Positions 9,908 to 18,744 are shown, counted from the first letter of the stretch. The stretch is DNA of 47,460 nucleotides from Gemmatimonadota bacterium (GCA_035698825.1 DASSBK010000160.1:1-47460); one strand, 5' to 3'. The notes: generated from the letters alone by a model not told the origin. Numbers and translations are program-made.

Positions 9908-9977
9908 ATCGGCGGCGTAGGATAGGGAGCGGCGCAGAGGGCGACAACTCGTCGCCGGCGCCCTACCTTCGCGCGCC

Positions 9978-10793
9978 ATGGGCGAGTCCGAGCCACCCGG
10001 CGGCTCAGCCGGCTTCGAGCCGCGCTTCGAGGGAGTGCTGGCTCTCCTGCGCAGGCTGCGTGGACCCGAGGGCTGTCCATGGGATCGCGAGCAGACGCCG
10101 CGCTCGCTCCTTCCGTACCTGATCGAGGAGGCGCACGAGGTCGCGCACGCGATCGAGGCCGGCGACGATCGTGCCGCGACCGACGAGCTCGGCGACCTGC
10201 TCCTCCATGTCGCGTTCCAGATCGTGATCGCAGAGGAAGAGGCGCGCTTCGACATGCAGGCCGTCGCCGGCGGTCTGATCGCCAAGATGGTACGCCGCCA
10301 TCCGCACGTCTTCGGAGACGCGGAGTACCAGGGCCAGGGACACCAGGCGATGTGGGAGCGCCTGAAACGCGAGGAGAAGGCGTCGGCCGACGATTCCGGA
10401 GTGATCGGGCGGCTGCCCGAGCACCTCCCCACGCTCGTCCGCGCCTACCGGATGCAGGAGAAGGCGGCTTCGATCGGGTTCGACTGGCCGGACGCCGCCG
10501 GCGCGCGGCGCAAGGTCGACGAGGAGATCGCCGAGACCGATGGCGAGGCGGCGGCCGGCACTCCGGAGTCCCTCGAGGAGGAGTTCGGCGACCTCCTGTT
10601 CGCGCTCGTCAACTGGGGACGACTGCTGGGCGTCCATCCCGACACCGCGCTGCGCCGCGCCAATCGCAAGTTCGAGTCCCGCTTTCGCGGCCTCGAGGCG
10701 CTGGCCGCGGAGCGCGGCATCGACGTGGAGCGGTCTTCGCTGGACGTGCTCGACGGGCTGTGGAACGAGGTCAAATCGGCGGAGAGAGGCTGA
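9978..10793 (+). CDS. mazG: Nucleoside triphosphate pyrophosphohydrolase MazG
   Basis: 271 aa with a tandem MazG fold: CPWDREQT...YLIEEAHEVAHAIE and EEFGDLLFALVNWGR..., then RRANRKFESRF. Confidence 0.9.
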   Translation: MGESEPPGGSAGFEPRFEGVLALLRRLRGPEGCPWDREQTPRSLLPYLIEEAHEVAHAIEAGDDRAATDELGDLLLHVAFQIVIAEEEARFDMQAVAGGLIAKMVRRHPHVFGDAEYQGQGHQAMWERLKREEKASADDSGVIGRLPEHLPTLVRAYRMQEKAASIGFDWPDAAGARRKVDEEIAETDGEAAAGTPESLEEEFGDLLFALVNWGRLLGVHPDTALRRANRKFESRFRGLEALAAERGIDVERSSLDVLDGLWNEVKSAERG

Positions 10794-10828
10794 CCGCGCT
10801 CCACCAGGTCAGCCGCGTGGGGCGAACC

Positions 10829-12133
10829 TCAGGGCGTGATCCGGTTCATGAGCCGCGGGAACGGGATCGCCTCGCGCAGGTGGTCCAGGCCGCAGATCCA
10901 CGAGACCGTCCGCTCCAGGCCCAGCCCGAACCCGCTGTGCGGGACGCTGCCGTACTTCCGCAGGTCGAGGTACCAGTCGTACGGCTCTTCCGGAAGCCCC
11001 TGCTCGCGGATACGCGCGATCAGGCGGTCGAGATCGTCCTCGCGCTGCGAGCCTCCGATGATCTCCCCGTACCCCTCCGGCGCGAACAGGTCGTCGCACA
11101 GCACGACCTCCGGCCGCTCCGGATGTTCCTTCATGTAGAACGCCTTTACGGCCTTGGGGAAGGAGTGCACGAAGACGGGGCGGTCGAACTCGGCGGTCAG
11201 CAGCGTCTGGTCCTCGCCGCCGAAGTCCTGTCCCCACGCGATCTTCGACCCCTTTCCCTGCAGCAGCTCCACCGCCTCGTCGTACGACAGGCGCGGGAAC
11301 GGGCGCTCGACCCGCTCCAGGGCGGACGCGTCGCGGCCCAGTCCCGACAGGTCGTCGCGTCGACGCTCGAGGACCCGCTGGACGACGAACTCCACCAGCT
11401 CCTCCTGCAGCGCCATGTTGTCCTGCCAGTCGTACCACGCCATCTCGGGCTCGAGCATCCAGAACTCGGTGAGGTGGCGCCGGGTCTTCGACTTCTCCGC
11501 GCGGAAGGTGGGCCCGAAGCAGTACACCTTGCCGTGCGCCATCGCTCCGGCCTCCACGTAGAGCTGGCCCGTCTGGGCAAGCGAGGCGTTGCCCAGGTCG
11601 AAGTACTCGGTTTCGAACAGGGTGCCGGCCTCCTCGCCGATCGCGCGGGTGAGGATGGGCGAGTCGAGGCAGACGAAGCCCCGATCGCGGAAGAACTCCC
11701 GGATCCCGAAGATCACCTCGTCGCGGATGCGCATGATGTGCCACGGGCGGGACGAACGCAGCCAGAGATGGCGGTTGTTGAGGAGGAAATCGATCCCGTG
11801 CTCCTTGGGGCCGATGGGATAGTCCTCGGCGATCTGCACGGGCTGTACGTCCGATAGCGCGAGTTCGTAGCCGCCCGGAGCGCGGGCGTCTTCCCGCACC
11901 TTGCCGCGGACGATCAGCGAAGACTCCTGCGTGAGACGCTGGTGCGCGCTCCAGGTGTCCGGGCCGACCTCCTTCTCGACCAGGACGCACTGGGCGATCC
12001 CGCTGCCGTCGCGGACCAGCAGGAACGAGATCCGGCCACTCGAGCGCTGGTTATACAACCAGCCGCGCAGCTCGACCGTTTCTCCAACGTGGTCGCGCAG
12101 GTCGGCGATCGATACCCTCTGTTTGTCGCTCAT
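10829..12133 (-). CDS. asnS: Asparagine--tRNA ligase
   Basis: 434 aa. N-terminal OB fold (VELRGWLYNQRSSGRISFLLVRDGSG), class II motif 2 FGPTFRAEKSKTRRHLTEFWMLEPEMAW (AsnRS-type EFWM.EPE) and motif 3 GFGLGLER. Confidence 0.9.
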   Translation of the reverse strand: MSDKQRVSIADLRDHVGETVELRGWLYNQRSSGRISFLLVRDGSGIAQCVLVEKEVGPDTWSAHQRLTQESSLIVRGKVREDARAPGGYELALSDVQPVQIAEDYPIGPKEHGIDFLLNNRHLWLRSSRPWHIMRIRDEVIFGIREFFRDRGFVCLDSPILTRAIGEEAGTLFETEYFDLGNASLAQTGQLYVEAGAMAHGKVYCFGPTFRAEKSKTRRHLTEFWMLEPEMAWYDWQDNMALQEELVEFVVQRVLERRRDDLSGLGRDASALERVERPFPRLSYDEAVELLQGKGSKIAWGQDFGGEDQTLLTAEFDRPVFVHSFPKAVKAFYMKEHPERPEVVLCDDLFAPEGYGEIIGGSQREDDLDRLIARIREQGLPEEPYDWYLDLRKYGSVPHSGFGLGLERTVSWICGLDHLREAIPFPRLMNRITP

Positions 12134-12164
12134 TTCGGCCGGGAAGCTAGTCTGGAGGTAGGGC

Positions 12165-13295
12165 TTGTCAATTCGATCCGCGATGGTCGCTCTCGCGTGC
12201 GCCGCGTCGCTCCTTTCGAAGCCCGCGCTCGCTCAGGATGACTCGCCGGGTGAGGGCGACGCACTCGTCCTCGACGCTTCACCGGTGATTCCCGTCGACC
12301 TCTCCCACCCCTGGGAGCAGGTCTGGAAGCTGGAGATCTCCCGCGGCGGATCCGCACCACTCGTGTGGGCCGATTCCCTGCTCCTCGTCGCGAGCCTCGA
12401 TCGGAACGTACACCTGGTGACCGTAGCGCCCGAGCCGCGCGTTCGCTTCAAGGAGAACTTCCGCGGGGGGTTCAGCGCCGCGCCGATCGTCACCACACGA
12501 CGGATCTACCTGCCCGAGCTCGAGACCGGCGGACGCCTGATCGCGCTCGACCGCTCGACGGGCGAGGCGGCGTGGGAAGCGGATGCGGGGGACCTGGCGA
12601 GCAGCCCCATCCTCGAAGGTGGCCGGATCTACACCGTTTCGACCCTCGGCGAAGTGAGGGCCTGGAGCGAAGAAGGCCTCGACCTGTGGTCGACCGACCT
12701 CGAGACGCGCGTCACCGCCCGCCCCGCTCTGCTCGGCGACGTGCTGGTCGTGGCGTCGACCGACGGGTTGCTCCACGCCGTGGACGCCGGCGACGGCACC
12801 GTCGTCGACACCTCCAATCCGGACGCGGGCCCGATCTGGGGCGACCCCGTCGTGGTGCAGGGTTCCGGCGGCGCGACCGCGGTCTTCGCCACGCTCGGCG
12901 GGCAGCTGCTGGAGGTAGGCCCCGACCTCGCCGTCGTCCGGCAGCGTTCCTTCCCGTCGCGGTTCTATTCCGGCCCCACGCGCGCGGGCGAGCGACTCTA
13001 CCTGGCGGGACACGAGGGTACGATCTGGTCCTACGACTGGATGGGAGACGCCATCGACTGGAGGCTGGACCTGGAGGACTCCACGGTGCGCATGGCGCCG
13101 GCCGTGGGGGACGATTACGTGGCCGTCGGAGACCTCGCGGGAACCCTCTTCGTGATCGACCGCGCGCGCGGCGACGAGCTCTGGTCCACGCGTCTCGACG
13201 GCGCACTCACGTCCACCCCGCTATTGCGCGGCGACGAGCTGTACGTAATGACCGAGAACGGAACCCTCTACGCCTTCCACCCGATCGCGCCCTAA
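12165..13295 (+). CDS. PQQ-like beta-propeller repeat protein (BamB-like fold)
   Basis: 376 aa with a signal sequence and repeated ...G.l.A.D...G...W... blades (LIALDRSTGEAAWE, LHAVDAGDGTV, LFVIDRARGDELWS, LYAFHP). TTG start at 12165 lies 6 nt after GGAGG; ATG at 12183 is an alternative. Confidence 0.75.
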   Translation: MSIRSAMVALACAASLLSKPALAQDDSPGEGDALVLDASPVIPVDLSHPWEQVWKLEISRGGSAPLVWADSLLLVASLDRNVHLVTVAPEPRVRFKENFRGGFSAAPIVTTRRIYLPELETGGRLIALDRSTGEAAWEADAGDLASSPILEGGRIYTVSTLGEVRAWSEEGLDLWSTDLETRVTARPALLGDVLVVASTDGLLHAVDAGDGTVVDTSNPDAGPIWGDPVVVQGSGGATAVFATLGGQLLEVGPDLAVVRQRSFPSRFYSGPTRAGERLYLAGHEGTIWSYDWMGDAIDWRLDLEDSTVRMAPAVGDDYVAVGDLAGTLFVIDRARGDELWSTRLDGALTSTPLLRGDELYVMTENGTLYAFHPIAP

Positions 13296-13304
13296 CCCTC
13301 TAAA

Positions 13305-13424
13305 GGGCGCTCAAAACGGCCCAGATGCAAGGCGCGCGAGGAGTCCGTTCCGAGGCGTGGTGAATCCCACGCCGCAGGAACGGCGACGAAGCGCAACGCC
13401 GCAGATGCGCCGTTTTCAGCGCCC
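13305..13424. repeat. Long-hairpin palindromic element, copy A
   Basis: The 16-nt terminal arms GGGCGCTCAAAACGGC and GCCGTTTTCAGCGCCC pair at 15 of 16 positions. Inner stems are GTCCGTTCC / GGAACGG.GAC and an apical GGCGTGG-tgaatc-CCACGCC (13354-13373). It lies between convergent genes. Confidence 0.8.
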
Positions 13425-13429
13425 GCAGA

Positions 13430-13548
13430 GGGCCTTCAAAACGGCTCGGATGCAAGGCGGGCGACGAGAGGAGTCCGAGGCGTACGATCTGTACGCCGCA
13501 GGACGACACGAAGAGCCCAACGCAGCAGACGAGCCGTTTTCAAGGCCC
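13430..13548. repeat. Long-hairpin palindromic element, copy B (tandem with A, 5-nt spacer)
   Basis: Arms GGGCCTTCAAAACGGC and GCCGTTTTCAAGGCCC keep the same 15/16 pairing and the same C-C mismatch. The apical hairpin is GGCGTAC-gatct-GTACGCC (13479-13497). Shared blocks with copy A include GATGCAAGGCG, AGGAGTCCG and CGCCGCAGGA. Confidence 0.8.
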
Positions 13549-13550
13549 GA

Positions 13551-16490
13551 CTAGTAGTTGTAGCCGATGAAGAAACTGTAGTGGGACTGATCACGCCCGT
13601 CGGGGAACAGCTCGCGCTTGTCCTCGACTTCGAAGCGCCGCGCCCAGTCGAACCGCACGACGAACGGGCCCCCCAGCGGGTAGCGGATCGAGGCGCCGTA
13701 GCTCCCCAGCAGGCCGGCCCAGTTGTCCAGCTCATGAAGCTCCCCGTCCGACCCCTCGTACAGGCCGTCTGCCGTCCATGCGTTGCCCACGTCGACGAAG
13801 AGCCCTCCCCAGATCCCGTTGGCGAGCAGGATCGCGGGCCCGCTGAGATTGTAGTTCGGGCGCAGGATCGGGAAACGCCACTCCTGGTTCAGGAGCACGC
13901 TGTAGGTCCCGCTCAGGATCCAGCTCGGATAGCCGCGCAGGGATGCCGGCCCGCCCAGGTAGTAGAACGTCGGCACGTCGCCGCTCGCGAACCGGCCGCG
14001 CGCGCGCACCGCATACGTCGTGTTCAGCGAGGTGCGGAAGTACTTGCGAGCGTCGACCAGGACGTCGGTCGACTCCAGCGTCCCCTCGGAGGCATTCAAC
14101 ACCGAGCTGAGCGTCACGTTCACGCGCTGCCCGTCGACCGGCCCTACGGGACCCCACAGCGAGTTGTCGTAGACGTACCCCAGCGAGCCGATCGTCAGCC
14201 ACGCATCCCGCAGGAAGAGGTCCTCGATGTCATCGAGATCGTTGGGCAGCTCGGTCAGGTTGTTGCGTTCGAAGGCCAGCTCGGTCTCGACCCGCTGGAA
14301 CTTCGAGATCGGATAACTGAGCAGGCCGGTCGCCCCCCAGCGCTCCTCGAAGAAGTCGTTCCGGATGCCGATGCCCTCCTGCCCCAGGCCCGGCCCGCCG
14401 AACTCCGTCCCCAGGAGCGACGCGAAAAACGAGCGATAACGGTAGGCCCCGACTCCCCAGTTCAGCCGCTTCTTCAGGTTGATGTACGTGAGCGCGCCGG
14501 TGAAGCCGGAGAGGATGTTCGTGCGCCCCTGCTGGGCATTGACCTGCGCCACGATCAGGTGATCGCCCATCAGGTCGGAGAAGAACATCTGGGCGCCCTG
14601 GCCGCGGGTGCCGTCCTCGGCGAAGGCGAGCGCGCCGGACGCGAAGTCGAGGCCGAACTCCCGCTCGTAGTCGCGCTGGACGTACTGCCCCGCTTCCGGC
14701 AGGATATCCTCCCACTGCCAGTCGGGTACCTCCGGATCGACGGACAGCGCCACGGTCTCGGGGATTCCGGTGGGGATATCCACGCGGTAGATCTGGTAGG
14801 ACTGGTTCTCGAAGGCGCTGAAGACGGCCTGGTCGCGGCCCTCCAGCCGCACCCAGCGTGGGTGCATCGTCCCGGCTGAGTACGTAGACGCGCGGAAGCC
14901 GGTCCCCTGGCGGTCGACGACATACAGGTCGAGCGTCCCGGAGCGGTCGGAGGCGAACAGGATGTGACTCCCGTCGGGGGACCAGTCAGGATCACGGTCC
15001 ACCCAGCGCCCGAACGTCAGTGGCTGGATACGCCGGCTGCCGACCTCGAACAAGTACAGGTTCCTCGCCCCCTCCGGCCCGAACGGCGTGCGGTCCGACG
15101 CGAACACGATCGTCTCGCCGGTGGGCGACCACCGCGGTGCCGTTTCCAGATACCGGTCGTTCGTGAGGCGATCGAGCCGATCCGTGACGATGTCCCACAC
15201 GTAGAGATCGGCGTAACCGGCCCGCGACAAGCCCGCGAACACCAGCCGCCGGTTGTCCGGCGCCCACGAGGGCGACGACAGGACGACAATGTCTTTCCAG
15301 CGGCGCTCATGCTCGCGATCCCCGGACCGCAGGTCCGCCACGTACAGGACGTCGGACGCCCCCGCCTTGGCGACGAACGCGATCCGGCCCTCGCGGTTCA
15401 CGTCGATCGTCGAGAGCAGCGGGTGGAACGTCTCGTAGTCGCCCGAGCGACCGGCGGTCACGACGGTTTCCAGGTCCTCGTCGACACCGGTCAGGTCGGC
15501 GGTTCCGATCGTCGCATAACCCGAGCGGAGCGTCAGGTAGCTGAGCGCCGGCTCGTCGCCGAGCACGCCCGCGGGCACCACCGCGGGAGTGAAATTGAGC
15601 CGGCCCTCGGTCACGACCGGGGTGGCGGTGGTTCCCGCGGGAAGCTCCCCGGCGAGTTGCGGGAAATACCGCTGGCGCAGGTGCGTCTTCCACTCGCCGT
15701 TCGCCTCCGCGAGCGTGATTCCGTAGACCTTCCGGAAGGCGGTAGAGAAGTTCTTGTACTTCCACTCGCTCTCGAGGAGCTCGACCACACGCTCCTCACC
15801 GTAGCGCACCTTGAGGAACTCGAACGCCTCCTGCCCCAGCTTGTAGATCGCGAAGGAGCCGGCGAACTTGTCGAGCTCCTGGAGATCCGGGACGAGCCCG
15901 TTCAGCAGCAGGTCGCGAACCACGAGATCGCCTTCCGCGTTCCATGGCCCCGACCAGAACTCCGCCAGGCCCTCGGTGAACCACAGCGGTGAGTTCCACT
16001 CGTAGCCGCCGGGGTGCACGCGCTTGAGGTGCCCGCCCTTCCGTGCCTGGAAGACGTGCACGAGCTCGTGGCGGATCACGTGCCGGAAGTCCGCGTAGCT
16101 GCCGTTGAACGGCAGCGCCACGCGCCCCTTGAGGAATTCGGTGAAGCCGGCCACGCCCTCGGGCAGGAAGAACGGAACGATGTTGGTCTGCTCGAAGTGC
16201 TGGTGGCTGGCGAACACCACCATCGGGATCCGCTCCTGGGGAACGTAGGAGAACTTGCGGCTGAGGAAATCGAAGCTCTCCTCCGCATAATCGATGGCGA
16301 TCAGCGCCAGCTCCCGCTCGTCCGGATAGAAGTAGAGGTCGACGTGCTCGGACGAGAGCACCTCCCAGTCGAAGTCCTCGTACTGGATCTTGTTCTTTCC
16401 GAAGGTCGAGTACTGAGCCGAGACCGGAGCTGCGGCGAGGAACAGGACGGCGAGAAGGATCGGAATGGAGCGAGCCGGAAGGAGGTGCAC
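13551..16490 (-). CDS. Tri-domain outer-membrane protein: MA-clan metallopeptidase-like domain, TolB-type (PD40) beta-propeller repeats and an Omp85/surface-antigen beta-barrel
   Basis: GTG at 16490 (residue 52 of the track ORF), 6 nt after GGAG, gives VHLLPARSIPILLAVLFLAAAPVSAQ as a signal. HExxH is present (VIRHELVHVFQ), then FTEGLAEFWS. PD40-type repeats: WAPDNRRLVFAG, PRWSPTGETIVFASDR, PDWSPDGSHILFASDRSG. The C-terminal ~380 aa is barrel-like and ends FFIGYNY. Confidence 0.8.
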   Translation of the reverse strand: MHLLPARSIPILLAVLFLAAAPVSAQYSTFGKNKIQYEDFDWEVLSSEHVDLYFYPDERELALIAIDYAEESFDFLSRKFSYVPQERIPMVVFASHQHFEQTNIVPFFLPEGVAGFTEFLKGRVALPFNGSYADFRHVIRHELVHVFQARKGGHLKRVHPGGYEWNSPLWFTEGLAEFWSGPWNAEGDLVVRDLLLNGLVPDLQELDKFAGSFAIYKLGQEAFEFLKVRYGEERVVELLESEWKYKNFSTAFRKVYGITLAEANGEWKTHLRQRYFPQLAGELPAGTTATPVVTEGRLNFTPAVVPAGVLGDEPALSYLTLRSGYATIGTADLTGVDEDLETVVTAGRSGDYETFHPLLSTIDVNREGRIAFVAKAGASDVLYVADLRSGDREHERRWKDIVVLSSPSWAPDNRRLVFAGLSRAGYADLYVWDIVTDRLDRLTNDRYLETAPRWSPTGETIVFASDRTPFGPEGARNLYLFEVGSRRIQPLTFGRWVDRDPDWSPDGSHILFASDRSGTLDLYVVDRQGTGFRASTYSAGTMHPRWVRLEGRDQAVFSAFENQSYQIYRVDIPTGIPETVALSVDPEVPDWQWEDILPEAGQYVQRDYEREFGLDFASGALAFAEDGTRGQGAQMFFSDLMGDHLIVAQVNAQQGRTNILSGFTGALTYINLKKRLNWGVGAYRYRSFFASLLGTEFGGPGLGQEGIGIRNDFFEERWGATGLLSYPISKFQRVETELAFERNNLTELPNDLDDIEDLFLRDAWLTIGSLGYVYDNSLWGPVGPVDGQRVNVTLSSVLNASEGTLESTDVLVDARKYFRTSLNTTYAVRARGRFASGDVPTFYYLGGPASLRGYPSWILSGTYSVLLNQEWRFPILRPNYNLSGPAILLANGIWGGLFVDVGNAWTADGLYEGSDGELHELDNWAGLLGSYGASIRYPLGGPFVVRFDWARRFEVEDKRELFPDGRDQSHYSFFIGYNY

Positions 16491-16555
16491 GCAGATCTCC
16501 TGCCTGAAGGTCGGGCTGGCGCCCGTAAGTATGGGCTTGCGCCCGCGCGGCGAGC

Positions 16556-16576
16556 AAGAAACGGGGGTGAGCCCCG
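16556..16576 (-). terminator. Weak candidate intrinsic terminator ending the long minus-strand array
   Basis: Minus strand reads CGGGG-ctcac-CCCCG followed by TTTCTT, about 40 nt downstream of the thioesterase stop. The stem is short (5 bp). Confidence 0.3.
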
Positions 16577-16615
16577 GGACCCCGAAGGCCAAACGCCGCA
16601 CCGCCAACGGACGGT

Positions 16616-17062
16616 TTATTCGCGCCGCCTGTCCCCCGCCCACTGGCCCGGTCCGCGCTCCAGGGCCTTCGCGATCTCGGCGGGGATCCTGCGGGGACGA
16701 CGCTCCCCATCGAGCGCGATCAGCACGGTCTCCCCCGTCGCCAGCGGGCGTCCACCGGCCTCCAGCTCGTAACCGAAGGCGACGCTGCGGCTGCGGACGG
16801 CGATGACGCGGGTCGCGATCTCCACCCGCTCGCCGTACCGGGCCGCCCCCGCGTAGCGACAGCGCGCCTCCATCACGGAGAACAGGGCGCCCTCGGCCTC
16901 CATCCGGTGGTAGGGAAAGCCGAGCGCCTCGAGGTAGCGGGTGCGGCCGATCTCCATCCAGACGAAGTAGTTGGCGTGATAGGCGACGCCCTGCTGGTCG
17001 GTCTCGGCGTAGCGGACCTCGACCTCCGCCACGACCGCGTCGCCCCGCACGTCGCCGGTCAC
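16616..17062 (-). CDS. Acyl-CoA thioesterase, hotdog fold (YbgC/4HBT family)
   Basis: Only the 3' 148 codons of the 947-aa track ORF look real: VEVRYAETDQQGVAYHANYFVWMEIGRTRYLEALG... The GTG at 17062 overlaps the upstream stop (GTGA); GTG at 17050 is an alternative. Confidence 0.8.
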   Translation of the reverse strand: MTGDVRGDAVVAEVEVRYAETDQQGVAYHANYFVWMEIGRTRYLEALGFPYHRMEAEGALFSVMEARCRYAGAARYGERVEIATRVIAVRSRSVAFGYELEAGGRPLATGETVLIALDGERRPRRIPAEIAKALERGPGQWAGDRRRE

Positions 17063-18738
17063 GACGTCTCCGGAAGCCGGAGCTCGGCCAGGAGCATCCC
17101 GATCGAGAGCTCCTTGCCCCACTCGGCCGCCACCGCGCGCGCGGCGGAGGCGAGAACCGGTCCCGCCACGCCCACGTGGAGCGCGCCCCGCAGGTGGGCA
17201 GCGAGCTGCCTTCCGGCGCCCAGCGCGATCAGCGCGCCGACGGCCGCCAGCTCCCGCATGTCCGGCCCGGGCGAGCCCGGCCGTCCCAGCACCTTGCCGT
17301 ACCCCTCGACCAGTGTCCACTCGGCGATCTCGGGATGCAGGCGCTCGAGCCGGATCCGGAGCGGCTCGTAGTGATCCCCATACACCCGTCGGCACAGGGC
17401 TTCGCCGCGCTCGCGGAGCGTCTCCGCCGAGCTCGCCTCGGTGCGTCGCTCCCCGCGCTCGCGGCCGTCCCGCGACGCCCACCCCTGCCAGGTGAAGAAC
17501 GCGTTGATCGTGCGCGGGAACCCGGCGAATAGATAGGTCTGGAGGAGGAGCTCCTCGATGTCGTCGGAGGCGATCGCCCCGGCCCCCTCGAGGGCCGCCA
17601 CGAGCCGCTCGGCGTCGCCACTCGCCGCGGCGGCGCCCAGACGGATGACGGCCGCCGCCTCGGCGGCCGATACCGGTGCGGCGGGGGCCCCGCGGTCCCC
17701 CCGGTCCGCCTGCTCCAGTGGGAGCCGCGCGTCGATCCGCCCGACCCAAGTGCCCGACCGGTTGATGATCGTCGGCCGGGCGTGGGCCTCGAGCACGGGA
17801 TCGCCCGAGGCGTCCACCTCGCCCAGCTCCTCGAGGAGAGCCAGAAGCGCCGGGCCCTGGGCCCGCCTGGCGCCGTCGAGAACCTTGAGCGACAGTGCCC
17901 GCGGGCCGTCCCCGCGCGCGCCGCGGAGCGCGGCGCAGAACACCCCCTCGGCGCCGGTCTTGACGATGAGCCGGTCGCCCGCGCGACGCAGCAGATCGCT
18001 GTCGAGACGGCCCGTGCCGCCGACGTGCGCGGGCTGGGCCTCCATGGCGTCGAAGATCCGACCGACCGCCACCTCGCGGGACGACTCCCGGCGCGCGTCC
18101 GCGACCGCCAGGGCGGCCCACGCGCGGGCCATGGCCGTCACGGGCATCGCGAACGTCACCGCCCCGCAGCCGTCCACCGCCCTGCCGATCCTCTCCTGGT
18201 CCATGCCGGCGAGCTCGGCGAGGGTGCGCCAGATCCTCTGCTGCAGCGGATGGTCGGGCGCGAGGTACGAGGCGACGGGCCAGCCGAGCGCCCGGCAGAC
18301 GACGAGCATGCCCGCGTGCTTGCCCGAGCAGTTGTTGTGGATCGCGGTGGGGCTCTTGCCCCGCCGGCGCAGCTCCTCCGCGGCAGCCGCGTTCCCCGGC
18401 TCGTGCGCGCCGCAGCGGAGGAGCGACTCGTCCAGCCCGGCCTTCGCGAGGATCGACCGGACCGCGTCGAGGTGGAAGGGCTCGGCATCGTGGGAAGCGG
18501 CCATGACGGCGAGCTCCTCCGGGGCGAAGCCGAACCGCTCGATCAGCCCCTCCTCGACCAGCGGAAGGAGCTGGATCGGCTTGGCCGAGGACCGCAGCCA
18601 GGCTCTCCGCTCCGGGTCGCCGTGGCGATGCAGCGTGCGCCCCCGCCCGTCGACCACAGCCGCCGCCACCGCGTGGAGCGACTCGAGCTCCTCGCCGCGC
18701 CACACGCGCACTCCCGCCAGGTTCCGGAGCGGTCCCAT
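17059..18738 (-). CDS. Fusion protein: asparaginase II family domain plus C-terminal carboxymuconolactone decarboxylase (AhpD-like) domain
   Basis: 559 aa. N-terminal ~340 aa: RSSAKPIQLLP, HNNCSGKHAGML, VDGCG, KTGAEGVFC (Asparaginase_II pattern). C-terminal ~190 aa: EELLLQTYLFAGFPRTINAF and RELAAVGALIALGAGRQLAAHL (CMD/AhpD-like). Confidence 0.75.
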   Translation of the reverse strand: MGPLRNLAGVRVWRGEELESLHAVAAAVVDGRGRTLHRHGDPERRAWLRSSAKPIQLLPLVEEGLIERFGFAPEELAVMAASHDAEPFHLDAVRSILAKAGLDESLLRCGAHEPGNAAAAEELRRRGKSPTAIHNNCSGKHAGMLVVCRALGWPVASYLAPDHPLQQRIWRTLAELAGMDQERIGRAVDGCGAVTFAMPVTAMARAWAALAVADARRESSREVAVGRIFDAMEAQPAHVGGTGRLDSDLLRRAGDRLIVKTGAEGVFCAALRGARGDGPRALSLKVLDGARRAQGPALLALLEELGEVDASGDPVLEAHARPTIINRSGTWVGRIDARLPLEQADRGDRGAPAAPVSAAEAAAVIRLGAAAASGDAERLVAALEGAGAIASDDIEELLLQTYLFAGFPRTINAFFTWQGWASRDGRERGERRTEASSAETLRERGEALCRRVYGDHYEPLRIRLERLHPEIAEWTLVEGYGKVLGRPGSPGPDMRELAAVGALIALGAGRQLAAHLRGALHVGVAGPVLASAARAVAAEWGKELSIGMLLAELRLPETS

Positions 18739-18744
18739 CGTCGG

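Noticed and set aside
10794-10828. Hairpin CGCTCCAC-(12 nt)-GTGGGGCG between convergent mazG and asnS, as a possible terminator.
   Set aside because: The 8-bp stem includes a G-U pair, the loop is 12 nt and there is no flanking T/A tract. The evidence is too weak to call.
13305-13548. Possible CRISPR array.
   Set aside because: There are only two ~120-nt units separated by 5 nt, with no unique spacers. The units are imperfect and internally palindromic, and no cas genes are present in the window.
13300-13554. Small ORFs 13300-13509 (minus) and 13357-13554 (plus) in the intergenic region.
   Set aside because: They lie entirely within the two palindromic repeat copies. The conservation pattern between copies is base-pair compensating, not codon-preserving.
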